From Vitrella brassicaformis CCMP3155 (lineage: Eukaryota > Protista > Chromerida), in assembly GCA_001179505.1 (NCBI GenBank), contig CDMY01000909.1, positions 1-11,507 of the forward strand: a stretch of 11,507 nucleotides of DNA. The letters run 5' to 3'. The notes beneath the pieces were generated by a model. It was not told where the DNA came from and ran no database searches. It worked only from the letters and a program-made list of their open reading frames with translations. This document shows, piece after piece, positions 1 to 9,105 of the stretch (the stretch's first letter is position 1; every line of letters begins with the position of its first letter). The position numbers were made by a program, and so were the translations under genes.

Positions 1-1194
1 CGCTAGCTATTTGTGACTGTGTGTCGATGTACGTCTATGTAGGTGTGCCCTAGGTGAGATCATTTATCTCCTTAGCTGTCTGCGTCTGCTTCATATGTTT
101 GTTCTCGCGCGGGATGTGTGCTGTATCTAGCATTTATAGTGTGAATGTGCTTAGTTTCCCTTTGTATTAGCGTTGCACACCGTGTAAGCGGTGCTGGTCT
201 TCGACACATACAGTGACAGGCATATGTTGCCTCACTGTATTTTCTGCGCATCTGTCATACTCGTCGGACAGTTCTTCGTGGTTGCGACAAGACTCTATAA
301 GGCCACAGGTATTGTCTGCATTGACGAAGACCTTCCTTGTCTTTATAGTATATGATCAAAACACATTCGCCACACGTTAGCGCCATTTTGCCGCATAGTC
401 TTAGCACAAATCCACTGAGGGCATTTGTGAGATTGACCCGCGCTCAATTATTTGAACACAGAGAGCCGACCAGGAACGCGGGAACGACAGAGAGCCGGCA
501 AGATCTGAACATCACCATGTGTCGCATCTCAACAGATCCATCACACAAATGAAAGCGGTCCCATTCCCTCCTCCCCCACCAACCCCTCACCGCTCCTCAA
601 CGCCCTCTGTCCAGCCCCGGAAGAAATCCTCTGGAATGACGTCTCATTGTGATTCGCATAAACAGTTCAAATTAATCTGTCACATGCGCCATGATGGCCA
701 CACCGGTTGCGTTTTCGAGAAGGGGAACGCCAGTTGGAGGGTGACGAGAGGGCAAAGGGAGATAGGGTGTGGCGTGGAGGGTCGAGCAGCTCCCTCTTCC
801 TTGTCACCCCCACTCCCCGCCTCGGTCCGTCTCCAGTAGCGATGCCGCCCCCTTAATGGCACAGGGAGTAGCCGCAGTGGCGGCGCCGCACATGGGCGAG
901 CGAAGGGCACCGACGGTTGCGACGGTTGGATGGATGGGGTGGAGGAGGGGGGGCGAAATATGTCCTCGAAGGGAGGGACGACAGATAAGTCTTCGCCGCT
1001 TGTCAACCTCCGCCGCTACTCTGGCTTGTTTCCTCAGCTAGCTCTTTTCAACTGCCCGCCCCAACACAAAGAAATCAAAGCGGTCGAATCCCGGCGGTAG
1101 ATAGGCCGGGAGGGGCACACGACGCCAACAACGCGTGTGATCGTATATACATACACATACATACACATACACACGCATACACACGCCCATACAG

Positions 1195-1803
1195 CTTGGC
1201 AAGTCCGCATATTTTCTTCTCCACTTATGGCGGCAGCTGCATCAGCGGCATCCTGCCCTCCTCACGGCTCTCCTGCACGGACTGACGTATGCACATCGGC
1301 CTTCAATGCAGCCATGCCTAAGTCGGTGATTTTTCGGCTGTTTCTCCTCCTTTTCGGATGAGGGAGCGTGTGTCGGACTACACCCAGCCCCCTCCAGCGA
1401 CCCTCATCCCGCGAGACGGCGGCGGGCCCCCCCGTTGCGCATGCAACGCGAAGTCGCTGTCCACATGCAGCCGAGGATGCGCCTCTGCACTGACTGTGTC
1501 AACTGCAAGCGCGGCACGTGCACGAATTTTGAGTATCCCGCGGACCCGGCCGTTTGCGATGATGATGATGAATCGGATGCCGTCTCCCCCTCTGCTGGCC
1601 CTGCCGTGCCCTCCACGGCTTCCTTTGTCGATGAAAAGATGCGCGAGGCCTTCGGCGAGCCCCTCGTCAACTCCGCCGGTGGATCGAGGAGAAACGCGAG
1701 GTTTCTCATCCTTTTGTTTTTTTTTCACACAGGTAGCTTCTGTTTGTCTCAATGGGACTGCGTGTCGACGAACTGTTACGAGGGGGGAGGGGCCCCCGAG
1801 TAA
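1195..1803 (+). pseudogene. Degraded coding remnant with a Cys-rich (CXC/Cys8-like) cluster split across two frames
   Basis: Acceptor-like ...catacacacgcccatacag ends at 1194. The 1358 frame gives RCACNAKSLSTCSRGCA and the 1435 frame continues LCTDCVNCKRGTCTN, followed by an acidic DDDDESD stretch. Upstream frames carry stops. Confidence 0.35.
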
Positions 1804-2115
1804 TTGGAGGCGATCGGCCAGACGGAGAGCATAGAAATGGCGGGCAACAAATATCCACATGTTTTTCGAGAGTGAATTTTTGTCGCCTTGAGGTTGAGTG
1901 ACTCAGAGGTTGAGTACGTATTTTAGAAGGGCTGGACAACAGGAGACGCCAGAGGTTTCGGCAGAATTCACGTGTGGTGCACGGAAACTGGCTGTTCCAA
2001 GTTTTTCTTGCGTTCTGTTTGCTGAGTGCACACGGCGAGTGTTGGGGAATAGGAAGGCTGCAATAACGGGGGTTTCGACGAGAGGAGCGATGCCCCCCCC
2101 CCCCCCCCCCCCCTT

Positions 2116-2415
2116 NNNNNNNNNNNNNNNNNNNNNNNNNNNNNNNNNNNNNNNNNNNNNNNNNNNNNNNNNNNNNNNNNNNNNNNNNNNNNNNNNNNNN
2201 NNNNNNNNNNNNNNNNNNNNNNNNNNNNNNNNNNNNNNNNNNNNNNNNNNNNNNNNNNNNNNNNNNNNNNNNNNNNNNNNNNNNNNNNNNNNNNNNNNNN
2301 NNNNNNNNNNNNNNNNNNNNNNNNNNNNNNNNNNNNNNNNNNNNNNNNNNNNNNNNNNNNNNNNNNNNNNNNNNNNNNNNNNNNNNNNNNNNNNNNNNNN
2401 NNNNNNNNNNNNNNN
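2116..2415. other. Assembly gap (300 N) flanked by poly-C on the left and poly-G on the right
   Basis: N run 2116-2415, C run 2093-2113, G run 2416-2432. Confidence 0.98.
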
Positions 2416-2521
2416 GGGGGGGGGGGGGGGGGCCTTAAAGGGCAGACGTGTAGGTATTCGAGGCAGAGGATGATGCATAGGAAGACGAGCGCATTTCGTT
2501 AGGACGGCAGGCAGTCGTGCA

Positions 2522-3184
2522 CACGACAGCTCCGATCAGTTTCACGGATGTTGCTCTAAGCTGAAAGCTGAGCTGATGAGTGGTTATCGGGTTCCAGTTT
2601 ACCGGCGTGGAACCAACTTTTTTTCCAGGGGGCCTCTTCAAGATCTGCTTTGTGATACTTGCGGAGGGGGTCACTGCGAGGAACAAGTTTGCTTCGAGCT
2701 TCAAATCCGCTCACGCGTTCGCGCGAAAAACGGCACCAAAAACCCAAAAAATCGGTTTTTGGCTGTTTTCGCTCGGGTTTCTGGTGCGTTCGCCGCGCAA
2801 GTCTGAGTGTGAGTGCTCCTTCGTCTGCTCTGTCCTCACGCAAGCGTCCATCGCTCTGCGCTACGTCAAACACGAGAACCAGCCACCGAAAGTTGACGCT
2901 GCCGTCAACCCAAATCACCACAATTGTGTTGTGCTGTGTTCACACGTAAGCGCTAATGGCTTTTCGTTCCGTCAACAAGAAGAACCAGTCACTGAAAGGT
3001 TACACAGTCATCAACCATCCAGCCACACAATCTATTATCTACGGCACACTGCTCTACGCTCTGTCCGCACGCAAGCGGCCGTCGCTCTTCGACCCGCAAA
3101 CGAGACCATAGCCGCTGAGACCTTGCGCACCGCTAACCCAACCGCAATCTCCATGCAGACGTTTCAAGGTCTGGTTGATGAAAT
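2522..3184 (+). repeat. Left inverted arm (TIR-like)
   Basis: Aligns to the reverse complement of 6709-7388 at roughly 80% identity by eye, e.g. CTGAAAGCTGAGCTG, GGGGGTCACTGCGAGGAAC, GGTTGATGAAAT. The ORF-track peptides 2556..2921(-) and 6945..7202(+) are mutually homologous. Confidence 0.92.
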
Positions 3185-3497
3185 TCTAGACCCCGGCGGG
3201 ACCGGGGGATGCACACGACAGCCCTTGTCCGTTTTTCCTCAGTGCGGAACACGTGCGTGAAATCCATCTAATGAGGGGTATGACGGGCATGTGCAACTGC
3301 ACTGCCATGTACGTGTAAACTGCGATTTTGTGAGCAGACTGGGATGGGCGACGTCGAGACACGTTTTGGTTGACGGTGTGGTGATGTCGATGTGGCACGC
3401 GTGGCGGTTGGCTTGGTTGCATTGAAACGTTTGCAACCGCTCACTTCTTCACGGATAATCAGAAAAGAGATCGTGTTCGCAACGGACGAATTAACCT

Positions 3498-4238
3498 AAA
3501 CGGAGCAAAGAATGTAAGGAAAGGGATATGGATGCTGTAATCAGAGCTCGGATTACTTCGATGCACGGAAAGGAGACAAACTCCTCTAAAACTCGGGAAC
3601 GGTTTTCGAAGCTGAGGCAGTGTCAGGCCTGAGAAGGACCCTCCATGTTGGATCATCAGAGTGTCGGCTTTCCGTCAAACCTCTACATTCTCTCCTTGTT
3701 GGGTCTTTGTTTAGCATATAGGACTTTACACAAGTGAGCAGAGCATCTTTTTCCCTCTTTGACAAACCCCAATCATCGCAACAAGCCGTCTCTCAGAGTG
3801 TCTCAGACGACTCTTTAGTATTTTTAGTTGGTCACACCATGTGGTCTACTGACAGAACTGAAATCGTGGTTATTGCAGAAGAGACTTGGCACTTACAACG
3901 ACACACAAAGAAAAGCTCACAGAACACTGTGCACCTTTCGGCTTTTACACGGGCCTGGCCGGGGGTGGCGCTCAACGGAAGGCGAGCTGAAGCACATGCG
4001 TGGCTGTAAAAGAACAGAGCGGGGTGCGAAATCGTGCCTGACGGGATCAATTCGTTATCACCTGAAACGGACTTTGGCCTCATCAGTGTAATGATAGTGA
4101 TTCTGCAATGGGACGTGCCGCCTGATAAGGCATGAACGAACGAATCACTCTGTCATTCTCTCGAGTCACACGATTGTGTGCTTGCTTGTCAGTCAACAAT
4201 CAATGATGGATCATTGTCATTCATTCATTCATTCAGTC
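3498..4238 (+). repeat. Direct duplication, copy 1 (ends at gap)
   Basis: Near-identical (about 97% by eye) to 4539-5335, offset 1041 bp. Confidence 0.95.
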
Positions 4239-4538
4239 NNNNNNNNNNNNNNNNNNNNNNNNNNNNNNNNNNNNNNNNNNNNNNNNNNNNNNNNNNNNNN
4301 NNNNNNNNNNNNNNNNNNNNNNNNNNNNNNNNNNNNNNNNNNNNNNNNNNNNNNNNNNNNNNNNNNNNNNNNNNNNNNNNNNNNNNNNNNNNNNNNNNNN
4401 NNNNNNNNNNNNNNNNNNNNNNNNNNNNNNNNNNNNNNNNNNNNNNNNNNNNNNNNNNNNNNNNNNNNNNNNNNNNNNNNNNNNNNNNNNNNNNNNNNNN
4501 NNNNNNNNNNNNNNNNNNNNNNNNNNNNNNNNNNNNNN
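4239..4538. other. Assembly gap (300 N) between the two duplicated copies
   Basis: N run 4239-4538. Confidence 0.98.
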
Positions 4539-5335
4539 AAACGGAGCAGAGAATGTAAGGAAAGGGTATATGGATGCTGTAATCAGAGCTCGGATTACTT
4601 CGATGCACGGAAAGGAGACACGCTCCTCTAAAACTCGGGAACGGTTTTCGAAGCTGAGGCAGTGTCAGGCCTGAGAAGGACCCTCCATGTTGGATCATCA
4701 GAGTGTCGGCTTTCCGTCAAACCTCTACATTCTCTCCTTGTTGGGTCTTTGTTTAGCATATAGGACTTTACACAAGTGAGCAGAGCATCTTTTTCCCTCT
4801 CTGACAAACCCCAATCATCGCAACAAGCCGTCTCTCAGAGTGTCTCAGACGACTCTTTAGTATTTAGTTGGTCACACCATGTGGTCTACTGACAGAACTG
4901 AAATCGTGGTTATTGTAGAAGAGACTTGGCACTTACAACGACACACAAAGAAAAGCTCACAGAACACTGTGCACCTTTCGGCTTTTACACGGGCCTGGCC
5001 GGGGGTGGCGCTCAACGGAGGGCGAGCTGAAGCACATGCGTGGCTGCAAACGAACAGAGCGGGGTGCGAAAGCATGCTTGACGGGATCAATTCGTTATCA
5101 CCTGAAACGGACTTTTTCAGACTTCAGCGTGCACTCCTGTGATCGCTCTGCTCCTCTTTAGAGGTCTCACTAATCAGTGTGATGATAGTGATTCTGCAAT
5201 GGGACGTGCCGCCTGATAAGGCATGAACGAACGAATCACTCTGTCATTCTCTCGAGTCACACGATTGTGTGCTTGCCTGTCAGTCAACAATCAATGATGG
5301 ATCATTGTCATTCATTCATCCATTCATTCATTCAG
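4539..5335 (+). repeat. Direct duplication, copy 2 (starts at gap)
   Basis: Matches 3498-4238 but has ~50 extra bp around 5115-5170 (TTCAGACTTCAGCGTGCAC...GGTCTCACT). Confidence 0.95.
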
Positions 5336-5642
5336 TGAATCACTGCATCACTACAGACAACCCTCCTCGGTTGCTTCGCTTGGGAGACGGCCGTGATCCT
5401 GGCCGTACGTATACAGGTATTTGTACGAATGTGTACCCTCCATAAGGTATACGTACACCTCCCCCCGCCGGGGCAGCCGACGCCCTATAAAAAAACACCC
5501 ACCACCTCCCTCGTCGGCTGCCCCGCCGGGGCAGCCGTGGGCCCATGGCCGGCCACCTCGTGGCCAGTCAGGCCAGGATCACGGCCGTCTCCCAAGCGAA
5601 GCAACCGAAGAGGGTTGTCTGAAGTGATGCAGTGATTCACTG
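5333..5642. mobile_element. 310 bp MITE-like palindromic element with 72-bp inverted repeats
   Basis: 5333-5404 and 5571-5642 are reverse complements with 2 mismatches. Flanked by (CATT)n on the left and (GAAT)n on the right. Weaker inverted similarity extends to 5252/5709. No direct TSD identified. Confidence 0.6.
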
Positions 5643-5893
5643 AATGAATGAATGAATGATTTGAATTAATTGCTTAACTGACAAGCAAGCACACACTTAT
5701 GTGACTCGACTGACGCCCTGTCATTGCGGAATGGCAAAGTGTTTTGTGCTCGCGTCATGGCTCGCGTCGTTTGTGAGTTTCGCACAAGCACTTCACTGCA
5801 AATGCGTCGCATTCGATTCATTGGGGCCTGTAAGGGCTCAAGGCTTGCCTGACGCTGGCAAGGAGTCTGTTTTATGATGAGAAAAGGTCCGTT

Positions 5894-6017
5894 TCAAGAC
5901 GGCGCAGGGCGATGGCCGCTGGCGTTCACACACAGCATGACGGGGATGTATCAGACATACATGCTTTTGCATCGAATGAGTGAGAGTCCCGAAAGAAATC
6001 AGCACAACGCCGAATTC
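5894..6017 (+). repeat. ~120 bp direct repeat, copy 1
   Basis: TCAAGACGGCGCAGGGCGATGGCCGCTGGCGTTCA...GAGTCCCGAAA...GCCGAATTC recurs at 6494-6608. Confidence 0.92.
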
Positions 6018-6493
6018 TGAGCCCGCCTTGCAAAGTCCCTCGCGCTAATCCAAAACAACAGTGCAAGTACCGTTGGGTGGCGGTTGAAATTTGAGAAAGC
6101 TTTTTGACAGCGTCGTAGCTCTGGCCGCTTGCGTGTGAATTCAGCACAGCGAGATATATGTATGCAGTGACACACTTATATTGAGTTCGCTTTCACACAT
6201 GGGTCTCTGTCTCAAACGGCGCAAAGCAGCGTGCAGACAGAGACTGCAAAACGTAGAGTACATGTGCTTGGCATGGCATTAATGAAAGAGAGTGTGCAAT
6301 GAACTGGGGTCGGTACACACAACCAAGTTCCGTGTAACCGACACCCGTCTTCCCATTTTTTCACACAATGATACGGTCATAAGCAGTGGCCGCGTACGTG
6401 TGAATACAGCATAGCGATATGTTTCATGCATTAACACAATCGTGCTGGTTTAGGTCCACAGCTGTGCCCACGTTCGGTGCCTCCTTCTCTTTC

Positions 6494-6608
6494 TCAAGAC
6501 GGCGCAGGGCGATGGCCGCTGGCGTTCATACACAGCATGACGGGATGTATCAGACATACATGCTTTTGCATCGAATGAGTGAGAGTCCCGAAACAAATCG
6601 CCGAATTC
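6494..6608 (+). repeat. ~115 bp direct repeat, copy 2
   Basis: Near-identical to 5894-6017, 600 bp offset. Confidence 0.92.
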
Positions 6609-6708
6609 CGTGTAACCGACACCAGTGCGCTTGCCGCCTTTTACCCGAACGACAGAGCGCAATTGCGACTAGAACCAGAATCGTCTCTGGCAGCGTCCGT
6701 GGGCATAT

Positions 6709-7388
6709 ATTTCATCAACCGGATCGACCTTGAAGCGTGTGCAAGGAGATTGCGGTGGAGCTAGCAATGAGCAAGTTTTCAGCGGCTATGGTCTCCTTTG
6801 CGGGGACGAAGAGCGACGGCCGCTTGCGTACGAAGAGACCGTAAAGCAGTGTAGCGTGGACGATGCATTGTGTGACTGATGGTTGATGGCTGTGTAAACT
6901 TTCAGTGATCCGTTCTTTTTCACGAAACCAAAAGCGATGCGCGCTTGCGTGTGAACACAGTACAGCGAAATCTATCATGCATTGACCCAGTCGTGCTGAT
7001 TTGGGTTGACGGCACCGTCAACTTTCGGTGGCTGGTTCTCGTGTTTCACGGAGCGCACAGCGATAGCCGCTTGCGTGAGGACAGAGCAAACGAAGGAGCA
7101 CTCACACACAGACTTGCGCGGCGAACGCACCAGAAACCCGAGAGAAAACAGCCGAAAACCGATTTTCCGGGTTTTTGCCGCCGTTTTCGCGCGAACGCGT
7201 GAACGGATTTGAACCTCGAAGCAAACTCGTTCCTCGCAGTGACCCCCTCCACAGATATCCGAAGACAGATCTTGAAAAGACCCCCTAGAAAAAAAGTTGG
7301 TTCGTCGCCGGAAAACTGGGACATGATAACCACACCAGCTCAGCTTTCAGCTAGAGCAAGATCCGTAAAACTGATCTGAGCTGTCTTG
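6709..7388 (-). repeat. Right inverted arm (TIR-like)
   Basis: Reverse complement of 2522-3184 with small indels, e.g. extra sequence near 6970-6995. Confidence 0.92.
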
Positions 7389-7463
7389 TGCATTCACTTT
7401 CATCACCATCTCCCCGATCTCCCTCTTACTCCTTCCCTGTGTTTTCTCCCTTCCTTAACTCAC

Positions 7464-7597
7464 TGGCCATTTTGGAGGCAATCTTCTTCACGGCCCCCCA
7501 AAAGCACCAGCTGGGGGAGTTCAAGACCCCCCCAAAAGCACCAGAACGGGCCGTCAAGCAGATGAGTCGATCCTCCCTCATTGAGTGGAGCAGTCAT
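7464..7597 (-). CDS. Possible isolated exon of an unknown host gene (strand uncertain)
   Basis: On the minus strand a ...catgcgtatacag acceptor and a gtgagt donor bound 134 bp, open in one frame (MTAPLNEGGSTHLLDGPFWCFWGG...). A GC3-rich plus-strand frame (7388..7621) is an alternative reading. Confidence 0.25.
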
Positions 7598-8433
7598 CTG
7601 TATACGCATGTCTATGTATGAGTGAGTGATCGAGAAGCAGTGAGCGGCATCAGAGAGAAGCACAGCACACCACCATCGCCCATTCTCATCGTGTCTCGGT
7701 TGCTTATCGCGTGTCTCATTCATGTGACAAAGCAATCACCACATAAAGCAATCATTCCCGTCAAGCAATCAGCCCATCCCGATCACCCTATTCACAAGCA
7801 AAATGAACCGCATAAACCATTCACTCATCAGCCATCCAAACCGACAATTTCATGGCTCAAAATGACCGCAAGACACATGAAGCACCCCTCTGTGAAAGAG
7901 CGGACCGATGAAAGAGTGAATTAACGGAGAAAGACAGACATTTTGATTGTCATCTTCTGAGATGAACCATTCTCGATGGCGATTTGCGACGAAAAAGCGA
8001 CTTGCGTGACCGAGCTTGCCACGATGACATAAACGGAAGAGCAGCTGCTTCGCGCTTGCGATGCAGCAAACGCCCATTGGTGACTTACAGTGGGCCTCGG
8101 ATAAGTGGAACCGTGCTTAAATGGGAAAATCGTTAAATGGGAAAATCCCATTTCGCAACCGGTTCGCCCCGTATGTGAAAAATGGCGGTTGCCTGGGATC
8201 TCCGGCGGTGTGGCTAGTGAGTGCCGCACTGATGCAGTGATCAAACTTCATATGGGCACCATCGGGCTGCGATCCTTCCCTGTAGCGTTAGGCAAGGAAA
8301 ACGTTTTACGGACAATCAAGCTCGCAGGATGAAAGCAAAGCAGAGTGCCGCAAGCAATTTTGCGAAGCAAAGTCGATGCAGAGGGATGCTCTGAGCAATC
8401 CCTGCGTCACAGGCTCCCAAAATACCCACTCAC

Positions 8434-8545
8434 CGCTGAGATCGGCCGCCCCTCTCCCCACTTGTACAGAAGATCGGCCTGATCAGTCGTGAGCATGTCG
8501 TTCCGACGCTCACCGACACCCTTGGACGACGCCTGACACATCGGC
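8434..8545 (-). CDS. Possible exon fragment truncated by gap, unknown product
   Basis: Open frame PMCQASSKGVGERRNDMLTTDQADLLYKWGEGRPISA ends at a gtgagt donor (8433-8428). A gtaagg donor at 8951-8946 is followed by an intron-like acag/tgtg/ctcc tract running into the gap. Confidence 0.3.
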
Positions 8546-8845
8546 NNNNNNNNNNNNNNNNNNNNNNNNNNNNNNNNNNNNNNNNNNNNNNNNNNNNNNN
8601 NNNNNNNNNNNNNNNNNNNNNNNNNNNNNNNNNNNNNNNNNNNNNNNNNNNNNNNNNNNNNNNNNNNNNNNNNNNNNNNNNNNNNNNNNNNNNNNNNNNN
8701 NNNNNNNNNNNNNNNNNNNNNNNNNNNNNNNNNNNNNNNNNNNNNNNNNNNNNNNNNNNNNNNNNNNNNNNNNNNNNNNNNNNNNNNNNNNNNNNNNNNN
8801 NNNNNNNNNNNNNNNNNNNNNNNNNNNNNNNNNNNNNNNNNNNNN
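8546..8845. other. Assembly gap (300 N)
   Basis: N run 8546-8845, adjacent to a (GGGA)n tract. Confidence 0.98.
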
Positions 8846-9105
8846 GGAGGGAGAGAGGGAGGGAGGGAGGGACAGGGAGAGGGAGGCCAACACCACACAC
8901 ACATCCATCCATCCACTACTTTTTCTGTCTGTCTGTCTGTCTGTCCCTTACCTGCAGTATTTAGCTCATTGTTTGTTGCCGTACCGTTCGCTGCTCGACG
9001 CCCCACAGCCCGCCCCCTCTCACACCCACCACCAGCTGCATCACTCCCTCTGCGCCCCTCTCGCACCCACCAGCACCTCCACCACCACCACCAGCTGCAG
9101 CGAGC

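Larger units (their letters stand above)
2522..7388. mobile_element. Putative non-autonomous DNA transposon / foldback element with long terminal inverted repeats and 4-bp TGCA target duplication
   Basis: Left end TGCA|CACGACAGCTCCGATCAGTTT; right end reverse-complemented TGCA|CAAGACAGCTCAGATCAGTTT. TGCA lies at 2518-2521 and 7389-7392. Arms align over ~670 bp. No credible internal coding sequence. Confidence 0.65.

Noticed and set aside
296-345. ADNTCG resembling a transposase ADNC-GQNKN motif
   Set aside because: Only four residues match and the downstream GQNKN is absent.
1898-2478. ORFs spanning N gaps (also 4176-4698 and 8407-9243)
   Set aside because: Their length comes from X codons in assembly gaps.
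3186-3208. Helitron 3' end (minus-strand hairpin then CTAG)
   Set aside because: The hairpin is ~1 nt from CTAG rather than ~10-12 nt, and the next base is A, not T.
2580-3260. 226 aa ORF in the left arm
   Set aside because: No recognisable motif, and the frame is not preserved in the homologous right arm; likely a chance ORF.
5333-5642. Tc1/mariner or CACTA assignment from CAGTG/CACTG termini
   Set aside because: Flanks are TT/AA or AAT/ATT, not a TA or 3-bp direct duplication.
7470-7546. IS630/Tc1-like LNxPxxxFWGAVKK peptide on the minus strand
   Set aside because: Spacing is off, the frame has a stop just upstream, and the region is shaped by a 17-bp direct repeat.
8117-8147. TTAAATGGGAAAATC repeated twice
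   Set aside because: An isolated two-copy micro-duplication with no wider structure; not CRISPR-like.
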